Below, in pieces: positions 15,301-41,900 of a stretch of 64,000 bases of DNA (positions within the stretch are counted from its first letter, which is position 1; every line of letters starts with the position of its first letter). Origin of the DNA: Phoronis australis (Eukaryota > Animalia > Phoronida); assembly GCA_002633005.1 (NCBI GenBank), contig NMRA01000519.1, forward strand, positions 212,646 through 276,645, given 5' to 3'. Made by a program: the position numbers and the translations under genes. Below the pieces are notes generated by a model. The model ran no database searches. It saw only the letters and a program-made list of their open reading frames with translations, and was not told the origin of the DNA.

Positions 15301-17557
15301 CCCAAAGAAACTACTCGAAAGCGTTTTTATTCATATGTATGTTGAGCTGCTGGTAACACCGGTCTGTGTCACGGGCGCGCGGAATTTTGAAAAATCACTT
15401 TTTGAGCATTAAATTCATCATTTCTGAAATTACTGATGGCCTATTTCTTTGAGCGACTGCCGACCAGCTGTTAATATTAAGAGAAGTGGTCATCATTTCA
15501 AGCTTTTTAAATTTTGCCAACACTTTCTTAATTCTGACCGATCCCGTCGAACCCGTCCAAAATAACATTCTGGCCGTCCAACAGAAGGCCGTTGCGTAAA
15601 CCGTTACTTGGGAGTCCGATTATTTTACGCTGTGAAACGTACAGTTGTATATTTTAGAGAATAAAATCTTTTAATGTGTATGACATGTGACTTCCGTGTG
15701 TAACACGGAGTCGTATATTGCTCTTCTAAATTTCGGAATCTGAACCCAGTGCCTCGTGGTCTAGAGGTTTAGAGCAAAATAAGAGCGAATTCACCACGTC
15801 TTACGACCAAAGTACGATACCCAGTGTCAGTAGCTAAGTTTTGGAGTAACAAATTTGTAAAGAATGAAACAAAAATTGAGAACTTGCTGAATCAAATAAT
15901 CGTGGAGAGTGGAAAAAGGTTAGAAAATTAATAAAAGTAGAGAGCCGAATAAGCGTCGTATAGACCGGAAAACGAGCCTGAAAAAAATAATCGTATAGAT
16001 ACGGCTATTCGAAACTCGAGAATAGTCACGTTGTTATAAATACCTTTTCCGCACGCCAGGGGATATGACGTCACCTGCTGCGCACAGTGTTAAAAATGGC
16101 AAGTTCACATTTTTGGGAACTGAACGAAGGACTGCTCGAAGAAAAAGTTTGATAACTGGAGTATTTGTTCGAGGTGGAAGGAATTAAATACATCGATGGC
16201 CTCCTAAGGTGTCCCTCTATGCGCAAATGGTATTCATAACAACACGACTTTGATGTTTTAGTCGATGTTAGGCATAATTCGCCAAAAAGCCAGCGGTGAA
16301 TAAAGCTCCTATAGGAGCTACATGCACCGTCTCTACTGGAAAGCCAGAGACGGTGGTCACTGTCTATAGTTGGTCATGATCAAGTAATGGCACTGGTCAG
16401 ATATAGTAGACTCTGATTTTGAGAACCAGTTTAATTGTACCCGTTATTCAGTGATTGCCTAGGAGCGCTATATCCGACAAGTGCCTAAAGTGACTTTTCA
16501 AAAACTTGATTTATGCCAATTATGGAGGGGGATGCTATTATATTGGCCTGTACGTAATTGTTGATGCACAGGCAGGGGATCATCTTAGCCAGCCAGCTAG
16601 CTGTATGAAGACAAAATCTGAGAATCAACCGATACGATGCCCATTACAGCTGTTTAAGTGAAAAACAATGCAATTAACGTCATTTTCTTGCGTAACTCTC
16701 CGCCTTTTCTAACAATGAAAAGTATGTCGTCCTTTTGAAAACAATACGCTCGTATCATGCGCACGCGCCATTTCCTAAATTTTCGCGACAACTTCGGAGA
16801 AGCAATATTTGTTCTGAAATTCGGTATCGAAATTCTAAAAACTTGTAATGAAGTGAAACCAGCTCCAATAATTTGTAGTGAGGTGTACGCAAGCTCGTGA
16901 AAGAACAGCAGCTGATTGAAGAATCGGCGAAAAAATTAACTGGCCAATAGGTGACGCAATATTTCATGGCGTTGAAAGCCGTCGCTAAAAAAAGATCGCT
17001 CCACAACTTTAGCAGCAGAATAACGGTAGAACGCCATTTTTTGCAACACTGTTAAATAATTTTGTTTACTCAAGGAAGACTGTAGTTTTTAACGACACTA
17101 ATTCTGTGTCAGATTTTATCTCACCACTTTTTTACCCACATCGGTGCAAAGCTGTGTATTTATATACAGCTTTGTACCAAGGTTAGGCTGGCTAGGGATC
17201 ATCTCTAAAAAAATGGTGGAGAATTAAATTTTCTTCAGATTGGAGGGTAGCTCGATTCACAAATGGTCGTGCTGAAGATGGACTGTAGTCTAACTACTTC
17301 GTTCTTAATTTTAGAACACATGAAATCAAAATATCAAGTCATGTTCCAGTCACGCCAAAAGGAGGCAGCACCGAACGGGGGCTGCTACAGGAACTGGAAA
17401 GTCTTTTCCAGTTACACCAATTAGGCCTACCTTCCAGAGTCTCACACTGTACCAGATTCAAGTAGTCACTTTGTTTTAATATTCCAGATTTGAACCCTCG
17501 AACCAAGCCTTCCAGATATCCACTGTCAATATTAAATGTAAGCTCGGCGAACGACAT
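3358..17557 (-). CDS. ATP6V0D1: V-type proton ATPase V0 subunit d, exons 1-5 (3'-partial; remaining exons lie left of the window)
   Basis: Exons 17557-17431, 8783-8612, 7509-7331, 6356-6277, 3435-3358 (127/172/179/80/78 nt), all GT-AG and phase-consistent. They translate to [25 protein letters not shown]...[17 protein letters not shown]...[19 protein letters not shown]...[25 protein letters not shown]..., the conserved subunit d N-terminal half. Confidence 0.97.
5280..5676. mobile_element. PIF/Harbinger-like MITE
   Basis: Imperfect TIRs GGGTCTGTTTCATGAAA / TTTCTGTAACAGACCC with CTG and CAG flanks. A similar end pair lies at 53175-53471. Confidence 0.5.
6428..6772. repeat. Degenerate GA-rich minisatellite (~25-bp unit, GAAATTCAGGGGA core)
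   Basis: More than ten degenerate GAAATTCAGGG cores. Confidence 0.75.
11671..12356. mobile_element. Foldback-type MITE (P/Galileo-like) with ~317-bp inverted arms and 8-bp TSD
   Basis: 11671-11987 is the near-perfect reverse complement of 12040-12356. Ends are CACAGG...CCTGTG, flanked on both sides by GTCCTGGT (11663-11670, 12357-12364). Confidence 0.85.
12796..16335 (+). mobile_element. Internally deleted Academ-like DNA transposon
   Basis: Inverted ends TAGAGACGGTG (12796) and CACCGTCTCTA (16335) with weaker subterminal similarity. Internal decayed transposase fragments at 13599-14266. Confidence 0.6.
13599..14266 (+). pseudogene. Decayed Academ-type transposase fragments
   Basis: Frameshifted [15 protein letters not shown], then [14 protein letters not shown]...LSKLKQDF...GNLKK, joined to a Cys-rich C-terminus ([35 protein letters not shown]) resembling the Cys8 finger of Academ proteins. 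Confidence 0.6.
16610..17190 (+). repeat. Dispersed ~0.6-kb interspersed repeat (copy 1)
   Basis: Aligns along its length with the reverse complement of 57715-58285, e.g. CATTTTCTTGCGT.ACTCTCCGCCTTTTCTAACAATGAAAAGTATGTC. Confidence 0.8.
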
Positions 17558-17850
17558 TTTTCGTGTTCAGTTTCAGATTGAGAAAGCCGATACTTTTCGT
17601 TGTAAAATGGCAATGTCACATGACTTATAACTGGCCAACAGAGGTCCTCATAGAGAGATTTTCAAAAATGAAAATTGATTGGATCATTTACGGAGAATTT
17701 CACCAATCACTCTGCTCAATACACATGACCCGATATGCTAATGAGATGCTATGGTATAAGTAACGCTCCATGACCTCCGTACGGCCTTTTCGTTCTTACA
17801 CACGTGTGGTTTTGGTTGTAGCTGGATTGCCGGGTCATTTTGATAAAAAC
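17558..17850. promoter_or_regulatory. Putative bidirectional promoter and 5' UTRs shared by ATP6V0D1 and AHCY
   Basis: The divergent ATGs are 293 bp apart. The spacer holds GTCACATGAC (17615-17624), CACATGAC (17722-17729), AAAATGGC (~17604), ATTGG (~17678) and CCAAT (~17703). Confidence 0.75.
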
Positions 17851-30593
<12,743 letters not shown>

Positions 30594-32974
30594 CTATCCG
30601 TAAATTTCTTGACAATCTCCTGGCTATTGCATTTGTCCGGTGCGTTGACTATTCTCATTCTTTATATAGAATCTGCTGGTTTCAAGAGGACAAGTCCGGT
30701 CCACTTTGGATGAACTGGTTTTTTGTTTAACATTATTGTGGTGGTACGAAGATGCCATGTGTAATGTGCAGGTTATCTACATGGTGGTACTGTCACTCCT
30801 AATTACGAAAATAGCAAATTTGATTACTGAGTAATCTGCATGAGTGGAGGCATATCTTTTTACAGAAAATGTAAACAGGTAGTTTTATTTCTGTAACTTA
30901 AGGGAAATTGTTGATGAACGATTGTGAACAATTGTTAATTATTATAATAAATTCTGCATTTATACTTGTTAATTAATAACAAATATTTCTCTCATTTTAC
31001 TAATAAGTTTTGTGTTGTGTACTGACACCGATAAACCACTAGGCGGCTGAGACCTGGTGTTGGTTAATTAATATGGTGGAAGTATAGAAGATGATCATAA
31101 CTAGCAATGTGTGCATTACAAATGGCAAAGATATAAGGGGTAGTCATTTCAAATGTCCACTGGGAGGACGCTGGCCCAAAGCGACGTTGGGCCAACAAAG
31201 CATAATTTGTTCTGGTTGGTGTTTTGAAAATTGATGTGGTTAATATACAGTATTTTTAGCTCTATTTGTAAAAAGGGAACTTGAACATGAAGTGATTATT
31301 CATAGAAAGTGATTGTCGCAGACAATTATGATATTTACTTTGACCGTTGTCATGCAGTCCTCAAAACGAACACACCCGCCAAATATCACTATATGTTGAG
31401 CAATTTCACAATTATACTAAAACAGGAGCGAGGTACACGTTGGAACTGTGACAAAATTTCGTGTATATTCGCTAAGGAACTTGATAGATGTCCGGTAGAA
31501 CCAAAGAAAGTTCATATTGTTTCAAAGGAGTAGTTGCGCAGGTAGAGGTCACTGGTGGATGACAGGAAACAAAAATCAAAATGCTACAATAGCCACAATG
31601 TAACGTTTTACTGGTACCCAATGACCAAAAGGGGGCAGATACGTCTAGAAAAGTGAGCAGCAGTGAATAGTCTGGTTGAAGCAATCTGAATTTTATTCAT
31701 TCCTTGGTGTTGTGTTATTTAGAACTAAAACAAAGGGTTGCACACCCAAAACACGAATCAAAGTTTGTGGTTTATAGGTGGCGCTACATGAGCTTTCAGG
31801 CTTATTTGAAGTCTCGATGTAAAATGGATAAAAAGAAGACCGACACTAAGCTAGTTGAATGCAGTTGATGCCTGATGGAACCATTTAGTATTTTGAAGAC
31901 GCACAGACAGAGCACTCCCGAACGTTTATCGTTACACATGTTCACAGAGCCGATGATAAATATTTCAAAAGACAATATTTGATAAGAATAAACCTCTTCA
32001 AGAAAAACTTAGCATAAACTATACAAGGAATAAAGAGAAATGCTATCTATGTTAATTTACCTCATCATCAACTCCATGTTTCATTTGAAGTTAACGATTT
32101 TGATTTTCAATAGGTCACTCTACACTGTTACTGTACAAGAGAAAAGTAATCAAACAAAATACCATTTCCCTGTCATAACAGCTAATCCTGTTACCAGTAA
32201 GAAATGACGTCAGATAATAACTATTAGGACGACAAAATTCTAATTACAGAATGGGTAACTAACTTGTCTTAATTCCCCTTAGTTCTCGATCATGATAGAC
32301 GACTACTGTGACGATGAATTCAACTTCCTCCTAGCCATCGTGACGGCAAATTCCGGGTCACATTTTTTAGCTTGTACTGCATACAGTTCTGGGGTCTGTT
32401 ACATGAAAAGTGACAAGGATTTAAGTAAAAAATTCAGTGTTGCGCTCATCCCCACTATTTCTGAAAATCAAATTTCAATTCAGTTATTCACTTTATTCAC
32501 GCAGTTGCCATTTAAAAAGTGAGCCTCTCTTTAGGTTTAAAAAACCAATGCATTCTGCACTTAATCACAGTGCAAAGCATGATTTATTCGCATGCCTCAT
32601 TGTATTCAATGCAGAAAATACTAAAATGGCAACAGCGTGAACAACGTCTATTTGTGCAAAGTCCTTAGAATAAACACATTAAACAGCCACATACTGAAAA
32701 AATTCTATACATTATAGACTGATGTGCTCATAATTACTAATGAGAGCTAAACCTTCACTCAGAAATTGTCAAGTGGGAGCATACCTACATGAAACAGGTC
32801 CCTGGATATCAGTTAACAATCATAAGTAACAATCAGTAGTCTTCATACACATCATAAAACAATCAGTTACATTGAATTTCATTAAGTAAATGTATCATAG
32901 ATTCAATTTGATGAATAATGGAAGTCCATTCTCCATAGATTTTAAGCTTTTCTCAACTAAGCTGGGAAGACGGA

Positions 32975-35900
32975 CTAGTTCAATGTTGGAGGCTGCATCA
33001 GAGTTTCTGGCGGGTGATTCTCGGTAATCTCAGGTTGTCCGACACCCATTTCTGCATTAATAACGAAGAGAATGCGTTGTGCTTCTGGGCTAATACAATG
33101 GACATCGTAAGATGTAGTAGCTGGCAATGGTGCTAGAACATTCTGTATGTCTTTGAGAACAGATAAAGTCTGAAATATAAACAGACGGTTAACAAAATGG
33201 GACCAATGAATGTTACTGCCTGAACACTGATTCAAATTCCTTGGCTACTAGGACGAAAGTGTTAAAAAGTACAGAATTTGCTTTCTATTTATGACCTGAA
33301 CATAAAAATGACAAGAAAACGTTCCCTTAAACTTGGAATTATGTAGCATTGTGAATTACGTAGAAAATTATTACCTGGTTACCGTATGTACCTGATCAAC
33401 CTTAATCCTGTTCAACTCCCTGAGACCACACAATGGGTGCAACCATTGTCCGAGCACATTCATTAATCCAATCACCTAATTTTGCAGATTTCAAGTAATA
33501 AATTACCCCTGTGGTTACTTAAATTGGAAAAAATCCAAGACCTGCAATTTTTTGAAAATGTGATGTGGCTGTATTTCTACTTCAGAATCTATTAGTGGGT
33601 CCAAACTGTGTCATAATAATAGCAGATATGTCATAACTAAACATTCCAATACTAGCAAAAAATATCAACCAAAAAGAGCAGCAATGTTTCTGTATGGCAA
33701 TAAGGGTTTGGTATCTTTGACACTGCAAACTTAATTGACACATACTGTCAATTTGACTTGTAGTTCCACCTTGTTTGAGTGCTCATCAACTGAGAAGATG
33801 TCATGCAATTTGGACCTCAAGAGGTCAGCCATTGTAGAAGGAGCAAAGGAGATAGGGGAGTCCAACACCTCTATGAGTTTGTGTTGAAAAGCAGCTGCCA
33901 TGCGATCAACTCCATCCAAGTCCAGCACAGTCTCCTGAACAGAACAGACGTAATATTATGTACAGAGGGTGGAAACCACCCTTAATACATACCATGAAAC
34001 TGCAACCACGTTCTGACACAACACACACAGAAACTGGGCAGTGTCATTGTCTGTGGTAATGATGGCTAAGTGTGGTGGAGTACAGGTTGCAACATGGTAA
34101 GTTTTTGCGGTGTGTGGTAAGGGTGCATGCCCATGGTAAGAGTTAATTTCCACCCCCGGGTGTAACTCAAGCCACCCTCTTTTAGAACATTGGTTAAAGT
34201 GTCTGTGATGATTCTTTACAACATTTTGACACAAAGAAGTGGCATACTGTGCGCTCAGTTTTAAAAAGTTTCAAAAACAATAGATTTCCATTGTCAAGCA
34301 AGTAGCGGTAACATCGCACTGTACTTTTAATTGAATGTGCCGTTCTATCACACAATGAGCCTATCGCCAATAGCAAACATACTATACACAGCTCTGGCCT
34401 GTGGGAGCACAGATTTAAGCATCTTTTGTGCCTTTTGCAAAGTAAGCAACCCACTTCAAAGTGTACAATACCTGTATTTACCTGTGTCTCTGCGTCAGCA
34501 GTTTCACTGTTGTTGTCACCTTCAGCGCCCCCTGCCTTGCGTTCAATACTGTTCTCAATGGCGTACGTGACAAGGTCATACAACATCTGTGCTAAACTAA
34601 GGACATACTCCAGTCGTCCAGCTACACTATGTAGCATGCGCCATGTCTCAGTTATGTGTGCATCACTCTGAAATCAGCAGCATTATCAAGTCTGGTATGA
34701 TCCCATTTTAAAGTAGCAACTAGCTGGTTTTCGTGCGAAGAACGCGCCGCTACTAATAGATTTCAAGCAATAAACTAGCCATCATGGCAGCAGAAAAATA
34801 ACACAGAAAAACGCGCCGGTATTAATAGATTTCAAGCAATAAACTGTAGCCATCATGGCAGCAGAAAAAAACATGAAGCCAAAATTAGGCTGTAGAAAAT
34901 TTACAATTTGTGACTTAAAAATCTTCCTTTTAACCAAAAAGAAATTACCGTATGCAGAACACTATTACTAACACATTCAGTCGGTAAAACAAATAGTGCA
35001 GCTACCTTTAATCCTACGCCAAAAGCAATCAGACAAAATATTGTTTCCCCATCATGTTGCGTGATGGCGCCGGTAGTCACCAAACATTCTTGCTACTCTT
35101 ATGGTTAATTCCGCATGCGCTTGCACTCAGCTGTCATGACGGGGACTTCAGGGTCATTTTGACTGATTACTTTAGCCTGTACTGTATATACAATCACACT
35201 CGTCATCTTATTCACATCATTTGTATCAACACACTACCATCAGTTACAAATTATTACATGGTGGATGACGACAGTCACACACACGGTCTCCCACAATATT
35301 CGTATGACCTTTTCGTTTAATGTTCTTTGTGTGACTTTGTAAATGATATCGGTCACAGGCCACAGTAACTCTAAAAACCTAAAATTACAGTTGCATCGAA
35401 ATTGATGTCTTGATTAACTTATCAAACATGACATTGACCAAAATGCGGTTTGACTCTTGTTAATGTAACACGGGGTAATTTTTAATAATTATGTTAGTTT
35501 GCACATTGAATACATCGTATGTGTATTAAATAGGTTTCTGGTCATTAAATAGTATAATTAAACAATCAATTAAAAGCTATGATGTACTTACCAGCTTAAT
35601 CAATGACCGGATACACAACCAGCGATGCACGTTCATCCAATCACCGTGCTTGGCCAACATCAGAAGCATGCTATCGACGGAGCGCAGAGCAGCCCGAATA
35701 TTTGGTCCACTGTATGGATTAGACAGGTCGGCCATGTTTTGAAAATGAAAAGCTGCCTGTAACGAGTTCACAATACAGGGTGAGTCGAAATGATGCAGCC
35801 TAGTTTACACACGAAACTTCAGTCTGCACAGCCATGTATTCGTTTTCATCTTCACACTGCCTGCAGAGTTAAGTAGGCGGACCACACATGATGTCATGAC

Positions 35901-38900
35901 CACATTTTCTTGTGTTACAGCCCACTTTTGCACCTGCGTATTGAACCTGACTGTGTTGTATGAGATCACTAAACTAATGAAGTGGAAACATAATCAGCAA
36001 CTGGCAAGTCGGTCTTTCAGGTGCCATTTAGAATAATTCTGATTTCAGTTAACAGTTCAGTGATTTTGAAAGTCGAAGACCCAACTGTGTTAATTTTTCT
36101 TACAGAAAAAACACCTCTAAATTTCATATTTTATACAGGCATAAGTTGTCTGCCACTATTTACGAGTAGTCTAGATAGCACCACACTCAATCAACTCTCA
36201 CCAACTCTAACAACAGACCAGCCTAGGGCACATGAGAGACTGGAGACTTTTGTTGTGACATACCGCTTTCTGGTCCTCTGGGGTAAAAAAGCACACATTC
36301 CTTTAGAAATGCGTACAAAAGGTGTAACTGAAGAATTTTACAAATGATAAAGTAGTTTCTAAAGATAACCAGTCAGGCAGAATTTAGCAGAACTGTGACA
36401 AAACAGCAACAGCTTATATATAACGAATCACGAATGAAATTAAATGAGATTAAAATTTGACGTTTTGTCAAAATTATCAAAAGGATATTACTGGTATTGT
36501 GATATGAAGTTATCCGTCAAGTACCTACCAGACATACACTCAGGTAACACTCCACTCAACAGTCAGGCAAATGTAGAAAGATTTTGTCAAACTTTCACCA
36601 GAATTAATTTTAAAGAAAAGCAAATTCTTTGTCATGACAAAAATGTACATTTCACTGCATATTTGTGAGTCAAAACTTTGTCAAATTTTAGCAGAGACCA
36701 ATTTATTTCAAAAGCTACTTATCAAAGAGTTCTCGGAAAACAAGACTAGTCTTCTCCGCGTAGAGGTCACCCTCATTTTAAATGATCACTAAATAATACA
36801 GCTAGTATAACTTTATAACTGAGAGTAAATTGTATGGGAATTTTAACATCTTTTAACACGTAGACATGGTAACTACATTGCAACATGCTCGGCGCTTCCA
36901 AGTTTGCTCCACCGTTTCAATTTCAATCTCTAAGAGTCCGTCCTGTCAAATTTCTTGCAGTTATGTTTTCAAATTTGTTTGAAGACGTGGTCACTAAACT
37001 ACAGGATATGAAGGCAAGTACCTGATCTTTTTCCAGGAAAACATTGAGATACAATGCTGCAGGATTTTCTGTGTAATATGTTGTAAAACTGAAACAAGAA
37101 CAATAAATCACCACCAGTGTGACTGAGCAAGCTTTGTGCATCAGCAGTCAGTAAAATGAACAAATGGAAAACTCAATACAATAACGACAGCTCCAACAGA
37201 AAGTCAGGCAACAAACATTTTACTAACAAGAGCAACGCGGAGTGTTGAAATGCGCAGTAAACGGTATGCCTCTAGGGATGTTTATTTGGAATGTAGAAAT
37301 GGCCATTAGATGACGCAAAATACGTCAAATCCATCCGAAAAATGCTATGTGTCACCAAAGCTATTTACCATATGTCAAAAATCTGTCGAGGAAATTCTAA
37401 GAAACAGGACTCGAAAAATGGTAAAAATGGCCACTAGATGGTGCAAAATACCATGACTCAAACCTAAAACCAGAGGATAACCTCAGCTCACTGATAGATA
37501 CCTATCTGCCAAATTTTATGAAAATCCGTTGAGGAACTTTAAAGATACAGACTGAGGTAAAATTATAAAACTATAATTGCCACTAGGGAGCACACCAGTA
37601 GTCTGATGATACACTCGCCAAATAGGAGATACACCCACGGGCGTAAAAGAACTGCCACTAGGAGGCGTCACAGTTGTCGAGGTTGTCAGAAAATCATTGT
37701 CAGCCCTCCTCTTCACATTAGAACATTAGAAACATACATGCCAATTTCCACACTCATCCTTAGAATTGTTTGGTTGACAGAGGGGCATTTTTGCACAAAA
37801 AAAAACTCGAAAACAGCAAAAATGGCCACTAGGTGGCACAAAATGCCTCAAATTCAACTGAAAACTGGATGACAGTGTCAACTCACTAATATATGCAAAT
37901 TTACCAAATTTCATGAAAATCTGTCGACCACCTGTTTGAAGATGCAGTGCTAAACGTAAAAAACTAAAATTGCCACTAGGGGCAAACCAGTAGTCCGAAA
38001 GTCGTTGTCCTCTGTTAACAACTTCATTATAAATGCACCAGCAAAATTCAATCCTGTAAAGCAGTTAGGAGATACAGCCATGGGTGTAAAAACAAACAAA
38101 ACTGCCACTAGGAGGCGCCACAGTAGTCAAAGTCGTGCGGAAATTATCGTCAGCCGCCCTCTTCACAGTAAGAACATGTGCCAATTTTCAAAATCATACC
38201 TAGAGCAGTTTGGTTGATAAAGGGCGGACGCCAAAAAAACAGACTCGAAAACAGTTAAAATGGCCACTAGGTGGCGCAAAGTAACCTCGAATCCATCCAA
38301 AAATGGGAGGATGGCATCATCTCACTAATAGACGCCTAACCAGCAAATTTTATGAAAATCGTTAAGGACCTACAAAAAAACAGAGGTAAGCGTAAAAAAC
38401 TAAAATTGCCACTAGGGGGCACACCGGTAGTCAGAGAGGTCCAAAATTAGTCGCCGTCCTTCCTCAGCTTCATAGAAACACATCTGCCAAATCTCATCAA
38501 GATCCTGTGAAGAGTTTAGGAGATGACAGCAATATGCGACCACATATAAATTTGCGGGCACATGAAAATAGGTTACTTTACACAACAAAAGTACCAAAAT
38601 ACCATAAATCAAAGCCTCATAGGAATTTTACTGCCAGTAAATATTAATTGNAATATATGCAAATTTACCAAATTTCATGAAAATCTGTCGACCACCTGTT
38701 TGAAGATGCAGTGCTAAACGTAAAAAACTAAAATTGCCACTAGGGGCAAACCAGTAGTCCGAAAGTCGTTGTCCTCTGTTAACAACTTCATTATAAATGC
38801 ACCAGCAAAATTCAATCCTGTAAAGCGGTTAGGAGATACAGCCATGGGTGTAAAAACAAACAAAACTGCCACTAGGAGGCGCCACAGTAGTCAAAGTCGT

Positions 38901-41900
38901 GCGTAAATTATCGTCAGCCGCCCTCTTCACAGTAAGAACATGTGCCAATTTTCAAAATCATCCCTAGAGCAGTTTGGTTGATAAAGGGCGGACGCCAAAA
39001 AAACAGACTCGAAAACAGTTAAAATGGCCACTAGGTGGCGCAAAGTACCTCGAATCCATCCAAAAATGGGAGGATGGCATCATCTCACTAATAGACGCCT
39101 AACCAGCAAATTTTATGAAAATCCGTTAAGGACCTACAAAAAAACAGAGGTAAGCGTAAAAAACTAAAATTGCCACTAGGGGGCACACCGGCAGTCAGAG
39201 AGGTCCAAAATTAGTCGCCGTCCTTCCTCAGCTTCATAGAAACACATCTGCAAAATCTCATCAAGATCCTGTGAAGAGTTTAGGAGATGACAGCAATATG
39301 CGACCACATATAAATTTGTGGGCACATGAAAATAGGTTACTTTACACAACAAAAGTACCAAAATACCATAAATCAAAGCCTCATAGGAATTTTACTGCCA
39401 GTAAATATTAATTGGATACTTCAACTTAAGCACTGAGCTCTTTGACCAAACTGATCCTACGTACCTGTTTGACTGGGATGAACGAAAGTTAAAACGATAC
39501 TGTATGTTAACAGGTGTATACTGCCAATCGACCAGGACAAACATCTGCAATACAAACGGTTATTTACTACCCAGTGGGTAACACTCACTAAAAAGTGCCC
39601 TGCATTTTCAGAACCAGTTTTCTCCATTAAATAACAAGCATCAAACTGGTTCTCAAAATACGGGACCTCTGTGATTGTTACCCAAGCCTGAACAGTAAAT
39701 AACTACTGAGTAATAACCCACACAACTATGTCCCCAGGGAGATAACGATTTGACGGGAAAATAAGATGGTACGTTGCGATGTTCTATAGAGAACGTTCAT
39801 GTGCTGCATGGTTTGATCCACTACACTGCATAGGATTGATCGACACTAAGCACAATAAAGTTGGATATTTTCATCTTCGTTTTGTGAGTTTTGTAGGGTT
39901 TTTGTTCAAAATGGAGGTTATCTGTCCTCAGTAGTTATTTTGTGTCTAGAACACTAGTGGAGGAATGATTACCGTTGGGGTTGGCACCGCAATAATTCCT
40001 TCAAATGGCACTCAGTGTCACGATATGTTAAATAACACCATAGTTATGAAATAAATTGTACACTGTCATTACCACAGTTTTGGGTTCTGAGCACCAGTAT
40101 ACAAACCGAGGGTGAACGTTGATAACTGATCTATTGTACGATTTCATCCACTTTAGGTGGAATTAGGCTTCACAAACCTTGAGCAATAATGAATTACCAA
40201 TTCTTTCCAAGTCCAGAAACCACTTTGAACTGAGTAAAGGACTGGCTGGGACCAATTTCACCCTGTAAATGATCTAAATTATAGACTTTTTAATGGAAGG
40301 ATGGTCTATAGCAGCTAAATATACTGTCGCTAATCTTCTTTTGCTAGGCATTATTTACTAGGCTACTCGTTAGGCCACTCATCAGATATCCTCTAATCCT
40401 ACCTTTAATAGGACTGGCTCTTTGCTGAGTACTGTACGAACGAGGTTTGTTTTAAATATGAAAGACTTTGTAGATATGTCTGGAGTGCTCCATCTCTGCT
40501 GGGCCCTACCCAGGTAGACACCTAACAGTGGACAATGGCTGCTCTCTAACAGCTGAAGTATATGACTGGTCACTGCAATAAAAAGGTCATGTTAGATCCC
40601 AATACATGACAAAACGTCCAAAATCAAGCAGACACCTTTCACTTAAATTTAACTTTTGGCTAACTTCAACACAAAATATATAAATTGAGTGGCTGTTGTC
40701 AATAACAGGTGCTTGAACTTCTAAAACAGATTTTATGCTGTAGTTAGAGAGGTCATAAAACTCTCTGTTGTAACTGACACCAGCAGCTATATATCTCCTC
40801 TTAACTTGTTCCTCATATTTGGTTTAAAGAAAATTCCTGAACCAAGAGTTTGTTATGCCTTAGGCTTGATAATTATATGTTAACTGATTTATCACCAAGT
40901 GTCAAAGCCAAGCATGATTGCTAGTACTACACAAGTGTCACCTTTGGCACAGTTCAGAAATCATTCGTCAAAGTAAGGAACAAGTTGAGACCACTTTATA
41001 GAGAAAAGTGACTTTTATAATCAAAGGCTACTTCTTTGACGGTTAGGTTTATAGCCGCTTTAAACATTTAGTACAAAAAGGATCATTGTCAAGCTAAAAC
41101 ACTAACCAATGTCAGCGTACAACTCAACTGCTTCAGTAGCTCCCCCAAGTGGTCCACTCACGTAGCAGTATTCGGTGACATCTATCTTTCGTAAATAAGG
41201 GGACATTTTTCCATANCTCTTATAATCAAAGTGACTCTTATAATCAAAGTGACTCTTATAATCAAAGTGACTTTTATAATCAAAGGCTACTTCTTTGACG
41301 GTTAGGTTTATTGCCGCTTTAAACATTTAGTACAAAAAGGATCATTGTCAAGCTAAAACACTAACCAATGTCAGCGTACAACTCAACTGCTTCAGTAGCT
41401 CCCCCAAGTGGTCCACTCACGTAGCAGTATTCGGTGACATCTATCTTTCGTAAATAAGGGGACATTTTTCCATACCAGGGTGTAGTGTTTGTCAGTGCAG
41501 TGCAAAATGCAACCTAAAATACAACAAAATTAAACAAGAAAATTTCAAGTTACCACCAGAATCTGAGCTCCCCATTAGGCTAGCTGGGTAACCTTACTAG
41601 CAGCGAATAGCAATAGAAATCGCTTGTAGAAATAACTTTGCGCACAAAAGCCGTGATTGCAAAACAATTGTACTGTACATGCGTGCCTTCAGACCCATGT
41701 ACCTACATTAGGTACATGCCTCTAAGCCCTACAAGACAATTAAAAGTAATCAGACAAAATACCGTTTTCAGGCATGATGGCTCCCTCCTGAAAGAGTACA
41801 AAAATGGCAGTATTCTTATCAGGTTTATGTTTTTGTACTTGTTAAACTGAAAGTTAGTGTGCTTCAAAGTTAGATACCAGTGTTGGTTCATAAAGTGATG

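Noticed and set aside
33392-33475. Possible extra 84-nt phase-0 exon (VIGLMNV...KVDQ) of the unknown gene
   Set aside because: AG/GT are present and the frame is open, but the internal-repeat alignment fits better without it. Left out pending RNA evidence.
41106-41215. Apparent duplicated or mutually exclusive exon
   Set aside because: Truncated at an N with no acceptor. Best explained as an assembly overlap.
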